A DNA stretch of 64,000 nucleotides, taken from contig CBFFRP010000173.1 in NCBI GenBank assembly GCA_965644295.1, positions 1 through 64,000 of the forward strand. Reading direction: 5' to 3'. The notes beneath the pieces are model-generated. The model was given only the letters and a program-made list of their open reading frames with translations. It was not told the origin of the DNA and did not search any database. Origin of the DNA: Paraphysomonas bandaiensis. Lineage: Eukaryota; Protista; Chrysophyceae. This document shows, in pieces, positions 50,391 through 63,288 of this stretch. How positions within the stretch are numbered: position 1 is the stretch's first letter; every line of letters begins with the position of its first letter. Made by a program: the position numbers and the translations under genes.

Positions 50391-50810
50391 ACACAGCGGG
50401 AGGGGTGGATTCTTTGAATCAGTAATATGGTAGAAAATGGTAGCAGAAAGTGATAGTATTTACTGGCTGTGTAGTGGTAGTAGAAAGTAGTGGAAGAAGT
50501 TAGAAGTATAAACTGGACGTATCTCCTGACTGTACTACTCCTACTATTTATACCTATAGTATTTATAATATAATAAGGTAAAGTATATTTTGAGGTATAC
50601 GTTGAAGTTATATTTTAAGATTTCTATAAATAAAAATGATAATTTAAGTTTTAATATATCAAAATATAACGATAGATATAAGTACTGTACAATAATAAAG
50701 ACTCATGATTGACGACGTATGTTAACACCAAATAAAAAAGACAGCGATGACCGACGTATGATACTTATTGTGAAAATTTATACCATTATTTGTTATAACA
50801 TTATATGTTA

Positions 50811-51199
50811 GACTGTGTCTAAAACTTTTTAGGTAATAATGGTAATGGGTAAAAAGGTAAAAATAAAGGAATTGCATGTCGTCATCACTGCTGTCACTGC
50901 TGCCACTGCTCCAACTTTCATCACTGCTGCCACGGCTCCAACTTTCATCACTGCTGTCACTATCGTCTTCATATACACAACATCTCCGAATTTCTTATCA
51001 CTACTACGTATATGTGTGCTATATATGTTATTTTACTTTTAAATTTAAATTAACTATCTTTGGGATACTATTATCGCCCATATATGGGATTTATCTTTTT
51101 CTGCCCATTACCTTTAAAGTTTTAGCACCTCTTTTAGGGTAATTAGTTAGGTAAAAAACGCATAATTACCTTTTTACCCAAAACGTTTTAGACACAGCC
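50811..51199. mobile_element. PIF/Harbinger (Tourist-like) MITE, 389 bp
   Basis: 15-bp TIRs gactgtgtctaaaac / gttttagacacagcc (14/15 match). TTA target duplication at 50808-50810 and 51200-51202. Subterminal ggtaa/ttacc repeats. Confidence 0.85.
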
Positions 51200-52496
51200 T
51201 TAGAATGCAAAGCAATTGTAAAATAAATATTATATTTTTTAATGAAATTGAAAGATGAAATATATTTTGCATTAAGTACACGCATAGAGGCCTGATATTC
51301 AGAAAGAATTGAGTGCTTTAGATAAGAAAATAGAAGACATGAAAAATTTATCATCAGACCTTCAGACAAAAATGATAAACAAGTATCTTTATTGAATGAA
51401 AGGCAATTAATTGTGCTTAGCAATAAAGACGAAGAAAAAAGAAGCGAATTGTTAAAGGAATATGATTATCAACAAGGAGAATATCATCATCATGATTCAA
51501 TAGGATGGAAGTAATTTTTTAAAATAAATATTATATTATAATATACTTATATATGGATAGCCTAAAATGGGATATAAACTGTAATAATTATAGACTTAGA
51601 AAACCTCGTACTTTTGACAATACAGTAGAGGGCCGTTATTATATAGTGATATATAAAAGTGTTCTGCTTTTGTTACTTTGTCAAAATTAATATCTTTTAC
51701 ATCATTGAACTTATTTTTCTTCATACGATTATACGTAATTTTTACTGCAAGATGGTAACTAATGGATTACAGATTTTAGACATTGAACTGAGCTATTTGA
51801 ATAATGTAAGTGGTAATATTCAGACACAAATAAAAACGACTAACATAAACGATATATCTACTAATGCATACAATATAGAGACGTTGAGATATTCCACTGT
51901 GTGTGTTTATAGTTCACTAAGTACTCTAAAATCCAGCAATAAAATTGAAGGCTACTTGCAATGCTTGGCTAATAATTGCAATTTGCAATTATTATTGTTT
52001 GATACTTGTCACCAATTTATTGTTAGGCGTTAGGCAAGCCTAGTAAAATTGTATGTTTATTAGCAATAGACGTTTGAGAGTCAGTACCAGCTTAGTAGCT
52101 AGATTAACAGACTAGTCAAAGCTAGATAAGCATTTACCGTAAGCTAACTAGTATTACTCTAATATCCTACTATATAACGCAAGCTTGCCGATGCGTAATA
52201 CGACAGAAGCTACTCTGTATGAACGTACGTCATTACGGCTCTTTATACAGGTAGTCACTAAACATTATTGGCCCCTATCTGGTCATAATACTCTTCTGGC
52301 CCTAGCACGTAACCAAGACTACTAGCTAATTCCGTCGCACACTACTATGTATTTATTGTATCTGACGAATGACTATGAGACATTAAAATCAGCTCCCCAT
52401 ATTTGACACATATGGCTTGGTATTAACTTAAAACATCAATTTCAAATATCGCACTAATAGTGTGATATATATACGTACATATCAATCCACTAGTCG

Positions 52497-53518
52497 TTAG
52501 TTCTTGTGTCCTGACTGGAATGGCACATACTGCCCACTTGGGCTGATTATGCCTTGACAGGGCGGTGGAAGAGGATATGCCAAGCATATATAGTCCTTCG
52601 CAAGTAAACGACATATGGCCCTCAAGAAACCAGGTTTCTCATGCAGTACTTCCAAAATAGACTTTTTCATGTTAAAAGGATCTAGTGAGGTGTAATGCTG
52701 CCTCCATTTTAATGTGTAAGGGATAGTAATATTAAGCTTCTGCTGCATGAGGTTCCAATCGTCACTGAAATTCTCCAGATACCTAAAACGATATTACATA
52801 CAGGAACTTTCTATTAATAAGTATATATGTACCCGATAAAGCGTGGCATCCACTTGATCATAGAAAAGCTCATGCAGAATAGGTGCACATCTGCCGAAAT
52901 ATCATGCAATAACATTTTCTCTTTCCCACTGATCAGATTCTGAAGCACAACGGTGGCCATTGCTTTGCTAACTTTAGAATCATTATAAACGCGGTGTACA
53001 TCAGCCATAGTGGCTTTCCATCGTTCAGGCGGCGTTCCAAACACATGGTACCAGTGGCTTTCCACCATGCCGGACAACCAGTGGCTAAAGGGATCTCGAT
53101 AGAAAGTAAACACGTTACCGGTGTCGCCACTGTATTTCGAACGGTGATCCATATTATTCCGATATATCTCATAAGATTTATTTACGATTTCATAAGAGCG
53201 TAATATGTTTTCTGAGTTCCCTTTGAACACGCGAGCATACGTAACTACTGTTCTATTGACGTGGAACGTATAGGCGCCCCAGTCATACTCAAACATCCTG
53301 TGAGCAAACCGAGACACTTCATCTTTATCTACTTTTTCGTTCCATCTGATTTCTTTCATAGCATCTGAAAACAGGAGCATGTTGAGTTGTTTGGAGGTGA
53401 ATGCGTCCATGCACTCAAATGATATATCCTCTCTGCTCCTTGGACGATTACCAACAGAGTAGTGGGAGTACGCATAGCACACTGACACCACTACTGACAG
53501 ACATATCAAATGCCGCAT
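52497..53518 (-). CDS. Sulfotransferase-like protein (Sulfotransfer_2-type), 2 exons
   Basis: N-terminal hydrophobic segment, YARVFKGNSENI (5'-PSB-like), FTFYRDPFSHWLSG (3'-PB-like), FIG/YLENFSDDW, DYICLAYPLP. Confidence 0.7.
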
Positions 53519-53633
53519 ACTTAATAATAACATCATAAACAGAGTGTTCACACTTTCACGATGATTCATACATACATTCACAGACAGTTACTTTCGTTGG
53601 CCAGAAAGAGTTGCTGTACGTAGATGTACACGC

Positions 53634-53943
53634 ATGTATGTATGTATGTATGTATGTATGTATGTATGTATGTATGTATGTATGTATGTATGTATGTATG
53701 TATGTATGTATGTATGTATGTATGTATGTATGTATGTATGTATGTATGTATGTATGTATGTATGTATGTATGTATGTATGTATGTATGCATGTATGTATG
53801 TATGTATGTATGTATGTATGTATGTATGTAGTATGTATGTATGTATGTATGTATGTATGTATGTATGTATGTATGTATGTATGTATGTATGTATGTATGT
53901 ATGTATGTATGTATGTATGTATGTATGTATGTATGTATGTATG

Positions 53944-53977
<34 letters not shown>

Positions 53978-54163
53978 GGTATGTAGGTATGTAGGTATGT
54001 CTGTATGTATGTATGTATGTATGTATGTATGTATGTATGTATGTATGTATGTATGTATGTATGTATGTATGTATGTATGTATGTATGTATGTATGTATGT
54101 ATGTATGTATGTATGTATGTATGTATGTATGTATGTATGTATGTATGTATGTATGTATGTATG
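53634..54163. repeat. (TATG)n microsatellite, about 0.53 kb
   Basis: Near-perfect tetranucleotide array. Confidence 0.99.
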
Positions 54164-54207
54164 GCTCCTTCTATGTTTTTATGTATAGCTTGTCTCAGCA
54201 TAGTGTG

Positions 54208-55772
54208 ATGGGCATTCAGTGGTCCAAGTTGGTGCTTTTATTGGTGATATGGTCGCCGGAGTTATCTAGTCTCCCACCTTCCTCTGTTTGTATGGGTGTT
54301 GATCGTGTGGAGGGCTGGAGGGGTAGAGGAGGGCACTCCGCGGACTGTTTTACTGGAAGTTTCATTAGCTATGAGTCTTGCCGTCAACTCTTCGTTGAAA
54401 GGAATACTTGCGATGTGCTGGTATTCAGAGAGAAGATGTGTTCGCTGCATGACAGCTCGATGCCTGGTTTTGAGCGACTGGAGGATGCCTCTGATGTGGT
54501 GGTGCTCACTAAAGTCAGGCGAGAGAATATGACGGCGTGTTCTGGTGAGAGCGCTCTATCCGCTGTGGACAAATTCAAGAAATGTGTACGAGCTTCGAGG
54601 CCAATTCGTTTAGAACACTCAATATCTCGCTTAGCTATTGTTATATCTGTGACATCTTCATGGGCAGTCTCCCATACTGCTGGTGTTAATTCCATCAGGT
54701 CCAACTTCGAGTGCTACTCACAAATTCATAATTACACTTTTGTAAGTTATTTGTTTTTCTACTTGTTTATACGTAACTTTCTACTCTCCAGCACTTGAAT
54801 GTAATGCCTGACATGCCAACTTCTCAGTTTTTTTATGAGCGCCATCGCTACGTATTAGAACGCTACCTACCGTTCCATAACTACGTGCTTCACCTTGATG
54901 CTGATAGCCTTGTACTAAATTTATCTCGTTCCCTTGATCGCTTCCTTTCTCCTACCTCATCGAAACATATTCACCTTCACATGCACGAGAACGGTGAAGC
55001 GACTGCTGCAGCTTACCTTGTGAAAAACTCTCCAACCTCTCGGTGTTTCTTGCAGCTGTGGGCGGACTTTTCACCTCCCCACAATGAAAAAGGATATAGA
55101 AGTACGTATGAAGTGAGCAATTATGACAATGGAGATCTTGTGGCAGCTCTAACTAATCTACTTGGGCCGCGGCGATATCTTGAGTGTATAAGGCGCATAG
55201 CACGCCTTGACCCGGCGGTGGTGGAAAATATGAGGAACCCGTATCACGAGACCGTAGTAGAATGTTGGAAAGATTTACAGCCAACTCTTCATCGAAGACT
55301 TCGTCGTATCGCCCCCCGTATTATGATATACCTTCCACGAGAGGGTTTTTGGAGGACGCACGCGCGCACTGGACGATTTGGCCAGTGGTGGAATGATCTC
55401 TTCGGCAGTTGTTATGCCTCATCTGATGTGATTGGACACGGGTGGAAAGCAATGCCGCGCAACATGTGGGGGGAAGAAGGAAAATGTGATATTGTACGAG
55501 TTAGAGATGGACATGGAGAGAACCCTGTCTGTCACTGGCTCTCACCGGAAGAGGAATTACGACTTGCAAGGGAGTATTGCATGTGGCGGTCTCCATCGTG
55601 CAGACATTGCATTGCTGGATTGAGGAGTTGCGAAAATATTTGTCTCTCAAGTGGGTCTTCTTGCAGACTACTGAATGGGTCTGACTTATCCCGAAATAGA
55701 CAGACCTTTGGTGTGGACAACAAGAATTGGTGGAGACAGCAAATGTGCTCCGCTTGCCCGCTACATATTTAG
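54208..55772 (+). CDS. Glycosyltransferase-like protein (DUF273/GT34-like, DxD), 2 exons
   Basis: Signal anchor, Cys-rich PAN-like segment, CYSQIHNYTF, intron 54742-54791, FFYERHRYV..YVLHLDADSLVLN, NYDNGDL. Confidence 0.72.
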
Positions 55773-56301
55773 CTGCTAGATTGACCAAGGCAAAGATATT
55801 GTGACAGTTTTTATGTTGCTGTGCCGTGAATTGTGCGCACACACTATACTTTTATATTTTCCAGTTTGGTTTTTTGGATTTGTGGATTATTCGTAGAGTG
55901 CTAAGTAGTGTTCTCTATAAATAGATGCGTACAATGCATGTTAAAAATAAAACGACATGGAATAATAGAACGAAGTTTTTATGATATATGCTAATATAGG
56001 AGATGAAAACTGCCTAGAGACTATTGGAATTGCTGAAGTCAACCTCGTACTGAGGAATTTATACTTAGTAACACGAAGTGCTTAATAATCATATGTACAC
56101 TTCCAAAAATGTGTATGTCAATTCTGTAGCATTAGTATAAGAAAGTATCTCATAAAGCTGTACGTCAATAATCTATGCACAATGCATAACCGACCACGCA
56201 GTTCTATATCCTGTAGTGTGTATAAGTCTCATGGCTAAACATACTAAAGAACTCAAGGAGAGAAACTATGAAAAAGTGTTCACACATACACAAATGCTAA
56301 A

Positions 56302-56491
56302 CCCCTCAACAAAGTCGGACTCGCACTTATTTGTGTCCCTTGTACGACACAAGCGTTAGGCTATGAGTGAGCAGAACAATATATCTCCGCTGACTTTATA
56401 TATATGCAGCTCACGTTAGTTTCCCTGAGAAATATCTCCGGTACTTATCCCCAGAACACCACGAAAAGGTGCGAGTCCGACTTTGTTGAGG
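56302..56491. mobile_element. Family A short MITE with 23-bp perfect terminal inverted repeats
   Basis: cctcaacaaagtcggactcgcac (56304-56326) is the exact reverse complement of 56469-56491. The interior matches the right halves of the 8.2 kb and 29.9 kb copies. Confidence 0.88.
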
Positions 56492-57339
56492 TTCACTTTT
56501 GAAACAATTGAAAAAGGAACATCGAAAGATAATTAGAATATAATTGACTACAGCTTGCTTTAATTAATTGATATAAACAATGCTGTCAATTTGACACTGG
56601 CAAGGTGTGATTGGAGTGTGTATATTAGTTCTTGCACGCGGTACAAACTACGTGATGATGTAGCTACTTAAAGGTTTAAAATTACTATAGGGCCATCAGC
56701 ATGATGTGTTCAAAAGTGTTTACTTTGAAACTGAAAGACGGATTTTACAATTTTCTGGGATTCTGGAAAAACTTAATTGATGACGTCAAATAGAAAGTCA
56801 GACCACGACAGAATCAGGTGTCAATCATTCATGATAGTGAATAATCATTTTTAACATTACTATACAAATAACGAAGATGACTGCGTTATATTGCATGCTT
56901 GTTGTTATTAAAGAACAATATTTTTTGTTGTGAAAAATTTAATTCACTTTAGCTACATAATAATTTATTTAATTGGTCAACAGTATAAGCAATAAGCATA
57001 CTGTACCAGAAGTCACTGCAAAAGTGTTCTTTGATAATTTGTACTAGTAATTGGGAACTCTAAAGAATGCTATTAAGCTCCGTAAAGAAAGATATTTTGT
57101 GCGGAGTAGACAGATAAGATACCAGCAGATGGGACTCCACATTTGTGATGATTGACCGCTATTTGCCACTATCTGACCACTTGCTATCATGTGGGTTTGG
57201 TTCTGCCGCGTTAAGTCTAATTCCAAGTGGAATGGAGCATGTCAAGCGGTGTAATTACGGGACAACTTGAAATTCTTTCAAAGTGTGTTAATATAACAAC
57301 AGGAAGACGATGAGCACCAGTACCTCCACGACGTTCCGA

Positions 57340-57460
57340 GCGTCATTTGGGCGACAATGCTACTACTATTTATAACGCTGCTTCGAAAACGCAGTCGTAA
57401 AGGTTCGAAAATGTGCCTTACTTAACCGGACGGAAAAGGATCGAATTAATAAACCGTAAC
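57340..57460 (+). pseudogene. hAT-like transposase relic 3
   Basis: HLGDNATTIYNA, then after a frameshift FENAVVKVRKCALLNRTEKDRI. This is homologous to the FEKEVLNIQ block of relic 2. Confidence 0.55.
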
Positions 57461-58304
57461 CTCTGGGATGAAATAACAGTTGAGCAAGCTATGTTGTCAG
57501 CTAATGTATAGCTACTTGAGTACGAAGTTCAGTATCAATTAAATTGCGATTAATTGCAAATAAATTAATTGGGACAACAAGTAAGAATAGCAATTCTTAT
57601 TGACTGAAATTTGCGTCAATAAATTATTTAAAGTGTCATTAAAACTTTGTGTACTTTTTAATACTTATTGATTAAACTTCTATCAACTCTCCACCAATAA
57701 AGTGCTCAACTTACAACGGTATTTCTAGTTTTAAGATGACGTTTACACACTACACTCGATGTGTCAGCAATATGCAAGGTTCGCCCCGTTTTCATGTTTA
57801 AGTATATGAATCCTACGAAAACTAGATATACTTACTTTATAGGATTAATGTACAGTTCACAGTTCTATATGGATCTCGTTAAACTAAGTCGCCACGTCAA
57901 TGAATTCTGCATATGTATGAGAAAAATTGTTGTGTATACACCCCAACGCCACGAAATCGAATATACTATTCCGTAATATACTATCAAAAGTTTAGATAAT
58001 AACACACTTTCATTGCAAGCTAACGACAAAAAAGCATTTTAAGGGGACAAAAAAGTGATATTAATTCGGCATATAAAAGAAAAATCGTGCAGGGTAATCA
58101 TTCTAGTTCAACATATGATTGCAAACGGATAGTAAAAAACAAACACAACAAGAAGAGGAAATGGTCTCACCAAGCATAATAACTTGAGATGGAATCACAA
58201 AACTAATGGAACCATTTCATTCTCTTGTGTACAGTTATGCATGCCTGCACCTACAGCGCCAAGATGTAGGTGGGACAACATCAAATTAAGTCGCGAAACT
58301 TCAC

Positions 58305-58598
58305 TTAACAGTGGGGTCTCGGATCATACATATAGTCTTGGCGGAAGGAATGCAACTCGTCCCTTGACCACCACATCCACGAAGATACTCCTGCATTAGC
58401 GTACTCGCGACAGGTCGGTATCAGAACTACTTTGAGCTCAGCAGAGAAGGACAGGCGTTTCTTTGCTGGTCGATTCAAGCAGTGGTCGTCATCTTCTGTG
58501 CATCGCTTCTTACGTCTTATGGAAGGTGGCTTTGTCGGGGACGCGTGCGTCTCAGAGTGGGAGCAAGAGCCGTCGTCAGAAGAGCGCTTGAGAGTCAT
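58305..58598 (-). CDS. Small protein (97 aa) with RVxF-like motif
   Basis: ATG-initiated, basic NLS-like tracts, KKRLSFSAELKVVLIP..EY......WWS..EL..F. Confidence 0.65.
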   Translation of the reverse strand: MTLKRSSDDGSCSHSETHASPTKPPSIRRKKRCTEDDDHCLNRPAKKRLSFSAELKVVLIPTCREYANAGVSSWMWWSRDELHSFRQDYMYDPRPHC

Positions 58599-58717
58599 CT
58601 AGCAATACAGGAAATTGACTGCGACACGAGTTTGTAAACAAGCCTTGAATAATAATAATGCAGTCATTGGGGAATCTGAAGATAGAGTCCGATATGGTGA
58701 GGGATATGCAGCGCCTG

Positions 58718-59085
58718 AACCACACTCCAATCCCCGTATCACCGAGTACGATGATGCATTCCCTGTACAAGTACAGTACATACGTACATACATATACATA
58801 CATACATGCATTGTGTACAGCAGTACATAAAACCACACTCCAATCCCCGTATCACCGAGTACGATGATGCATTCCCTGTACAAGTACAGTACATACGTAC
58901 ATACATATACATACATACATGCATTGTGTACAGCAGTACATAAAACCACACTCCAATCCCCGTATCACCGAGTACGATCATGCATTCCCTGTACAAGTAC
59001 AGTATATACGTACATGCATATACATATATAACATAAAACCACACCCCAATCCCTGTATCGCGAGTACGATGCATTCCCTGTACAC
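58718..59085. repeat. Tandem repeat, 113-bp unit, about 3.5 copies
   Basis: aaccacac(t/c)ccaatccc starts at 58718, 58831, 58944 and 59037. Each full unit contains a (TACA)n-like core. Confidence 0.92.
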
Positions 59086-59469
59086 ACATGCATGCATATG
59101 TACTGCTGTACATACATTCATACCTGTACAGCAGTACATAAGTTCATGTATACCGTACCCCTATATACTGCAGTTGGGCCTACACCTCTGAATTGTCCGT
59201 TTTGTAACATTGCCAGTGACATGTATACCGTATACTGTCTGTATAGCAGTGGCTGTAGAACTCACAGCATTATGATTCTTCTTGCTTTAATTGTCTTCAC
59301 TTCGTCTTCGTTCATAGTACATGTAAGAGTGAAGTGTGTAGTGTCGTGCTGTGTAGTCTCGTATATGTTTAGTATGGTATCCGTATCTGTAGTCTCACTA
59401 TATCAGTAGCGTATATATAGTAGGATCGTCTGTTGCTACTCTTTCCATTAAACCACTTCGACCAGTCTC

Positions 59470-62400
59470 ATGATGATTCCTCTCTACTTAATTGTTCTCA
59501 TGGGATGTATGTGTGTGAGTGAGGGCTACTATGAGTCACGCACAGAGGTGGATATAGCATGGGAGTTTGATGATGAGAACTATAAGATGGGGTGGTCGAA
59601 TGCCACCACAGAGGAGATGGGGATGGATTTTCGTGTTGAGGATGGTGAGATGCGGGCGATTATACATGACTGGAACCCTCACTTTGATTCGCCTATGATG
59701 GTACTGACCACTACCAGACGACACTATGCGGTGTTTCGTATGATGTATGCGGGGGCTGCTTCTAAAGGAAACCTGTTGCTTAAGTATGGCCCCTCGATCA
59801 GTCATGATCAGCATGTGGATGAAGTTAAGCAGAATTGGCGCAGCCCACAGCAGATTCGTGTTGTGGATGTGTCCAGCGGGTTTGATAGCGCCGCCTACGC
59901 GGTAGACGAATCACAGTACACACCTTGGGTGGTGAACAGTACCCGGCAGGGGTCGTGGATAATACTTGATGCGCAGGACTATCGATGGGTGACTGCACTA
60001 ACGATACGTACTAGTGACGACATTGATGCCCCCCGTAGGTGCCTCTTGCAGTACTCAGTAACCAGTAGCGCGGGACCTTTTGTAACCGCTGCAGACTTTA
60101 TTCTAAAGAAAGATAACGAGGAACAGGAAGTGAGGGGATTCAGTACACATTCCCGATACTGGAAATTAATTGTAATCGATAATTATGGCTCAGATGTTTC
60201 ATCCATCCGTGATATCAAGCTCGAAGGGTATGACGAAGGTATAGGGCTGCTAGAGTTTGAGCTGGATAATACTGGTGTGTATAAAAATTACTATCTCCCC
60301 ATCCACGATATATTACAGGGTCCTCTGGTACGTATGCGCGTTGAGTTTCTTCACTCACCCAGAGCGGAAATTGCCAGCTCTCGCAAGTCCAGGGCGCAAT
60401 TTCGTGAGTCTCTTGCGATTGATTATGTTCGCGTTGTCCGTAGTCCTGAGATATGGAAAGTACGAGGGTGCTTAGATCGGTACTTTGACAACCCGAACCT
60501 CTTCAATCCACAGTACAACGTGGCTTCCAGACAGCTTAAGATAAATGGTCAACTTCCTATCAATTACTTTGACAAACTGGAGATGGACCTTCAGTACGCA
60601 AGTACCTACGACTGTCCACATCAAGGTGGAATAGATGTCCGCATCGATGGCCTGAACTTCGGCCTGCATCCGCGAGTGTATATAGACGATATCGAGTGTC
60701 CAATAACTGAAACGGATTCAGTGACTCCCGGAAGTCGCGAACAATATATCATTTGCACCCTTCCGCCCTCGAGTCAGTACCGTGCAGGTACCGTGGGACA
60801 GGTGGAGGTAGAAAACAGCATTGTACGAGTTGAGAGTGGGACACTACCTGGATTGTTTCAGAGTGCTCCATACTTTACTTACAGAAAGGCAACTCCGGCT
60901 CCAAACCGACCGGTGATAACAAATATTGGAGCCCGTCGTGTCGATATCGTGTGGGAGCCTCCTGGAACCGAATTTGATAACCTCATGACAACAGGATATA
61001 AGATATCATGGTTTCAGGCACAATATAGGTCTCGCGTGAGCAACCTGACAGTTGGAAACATTACGACCACCTCCATTCGGGGATTGGAGCCGAATACCGC
61101 GTATGTATTTGGCATTAGTGCTCTATCAGAGGGTGCAGCCACACGGGCTGCAATTTTGCCAACAGACCTATATGGACGCCGAGAACCTCTCCCGGATGCC
61201 ATCGAAAGTCCAATTAGCATATTTACAGATATCACATCAACACTACAATTTGATTTTGATTTCCAAGGGTTTGATGCCAACTCTACGTTGAATAGCTCGG
61301 GTTCGACCGTGTCCTCCAGCAACGGGCCCACTGGCCAATATGGCCCGGAGGGAAATTATGGTCTTGTCATTGTTGGCTCCGCACAAGTGGAAAACTGTAA
61401 TGCGTCTATGACCTGTTGTGATGGTTATAACGAAACCCTGGGCCTTGCTTCTTGTGGGACTGGGAGGTCTGTGTGTGCTGTTCTATTGGAAAGAAGGCTC
61501 GCATATGACTACGTGTATGACGGTGTAACCCGCAGGCAGGTTCCTAGCAATATCCCCTATGATGACGGATCGCCCCCGGAGAAAGTTGTTCTCACTCTTC
61601 AGGAGCTGATTGACAACGCTGGCGCGGAGCTTCCCTCTATGCCTTGTGGACCTGCTCTGCGGCTGACCCCGTCGGCTGCACGAGAGTCTGGTGCTGTGTG
61701 GTATAGCCGAAAGATGAACGTTCGAGAGGGATTTGATTCTACCATCACATTTCAGATATCTAACCCTTCTATCCGATGCAACAGACTGGATGATGTTAAC
61801 ACCTATTGTCGATCGCGCGGTGCGGATGGCCTGGCATTTGTAATGCAGGACTCAAGCCCTGTCGCACTTGGCTTGGCTGGTAGTGGCCTCGGATATGAGG
61901 GTATTTTTAACTCCCTTGCCATTGAGCTGGACACCTTCTTTAATTATGACCAAATGGACTACTACGAGAACCATATTGCTGTCTTGACTCAGGTAATATT
62001 GCTCATATTACATGCTATCCATTGCTTATGACACGTAACAGGGCCGCCGGTTTAATATTACCGCAAACCATTCCAGGGCTTTGGCAACTGCCACTCGTGT
62101 TCCAGATATCACGGATGGTCGTCATACTGTTCGTATTCGATACGAGCCGAACTTTGACGAGAGGGCTGTACTGCACCCGTCCTTCCAGACTAATGGGTTT
62201 ACGACTTGGTTTTTGGAGGTAGTTGCTATATGTGCCTGTGTATGCTGTTTACAGTTATTCTGTTTGTTGCAGAATTCTGATTTTCAGTACGGTGGTGACG
62301 GTGACTGGGGCACGGGTTTTGGGCTGTTATATGTATACATGGATGATATGTACTCACCTATCATAACTACCCCCCTGAACCTAGACAAGACGCTGGAACT

Positions 62401-62686
62401 GGACGAAGGGCGTATGTACGTAGGAGTTACCGCTGCGACGGGAGAATCACATTGGCAGGCGCACGACATATTAGGGTTTCAGTTTACGAGCCTTTTTGTT
62501 GACCAGGACTACACACCTCCCCAGGTTGTTAATGGTGAAGGGGCTAAGGACTGCGTCAACGAAACTGTGTGTGTTAACCGTCCCGATTACGATCATTATA
62601 TGAGAAAGAACAATATTTGGGGAAAAGGACACGACTCCACGGAGAGTTGGCAAACTGGTACAGAGGGACTGTGCTCGAACTGCTGA
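59470..62686 (+). CDS. Secreted multidomain protein: discoidin/F5-8-like, IPT/TIG, FN3, legume (L-type) lectin; 3 exons
   Basis: Signal peptide, WIILD..RYWKL, IDGLNFG..VYID..C, WEPP..GYKI..GLEPNTAYVFGISA, GAVWY..GADGLAFV..AIELDTF..YVGVTAATG. Introns near 61993-62041 and 62219-62272. Confidence 0.85.
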
Positions 62687-63288
62687 AGCATTGAAAATAC
62701 CTAGTGATGTTTATAGAATTTAATGATTATTGTCGTATTTGTGAAGTAATAATAATACGTTGCGGCGTAGTGTTTTAGTATGCCGAGACGGCACCGTATC
62801 TCCGAGGTTAGGCTAATGTGGTCACTCATATTAATACTTATATTGGTGCACTGTAATCAACGTAAATAATTCCGTTTTCGTAAGTGGAAATATTATTTTT
62901 TTGCTTAATGTAAAGTGTAATCATTAATTACGTAACACTGATGGCAAAACGCACTACCAATGTTACTTATTATTAGCAGAAAAGGAAAATTTTACTATGT
63001 TGCTTAGACTTTAGAATATTTACGTATAGCCTCAAATCAGCTATCCGCTACGGTATGCCTTTGAGGGGGATCATATCATACGTTGAATAATTCGGTTTAC
63101 TCATAAAAACTAACATAAACAAACCTATTTACACAGCTGTAAATGTATGTCTACTCCAGTAAACACTATTAACTGAACACGCAATACGAATAACATTAAC
63201 TAGTTACGATTGATCCCCCATCGTAGCTAGTAGCTAGGTATCATCTCTGTACTTTATACTGTCTATAGGTAATTAGTAAATTCTCATT

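Noticed and set aside
58718-59085. CRISPR-like regular repeats
   Set aside because: The units repeat in full with no unique spacers, the context is eukaryotic and there are no cas genes.
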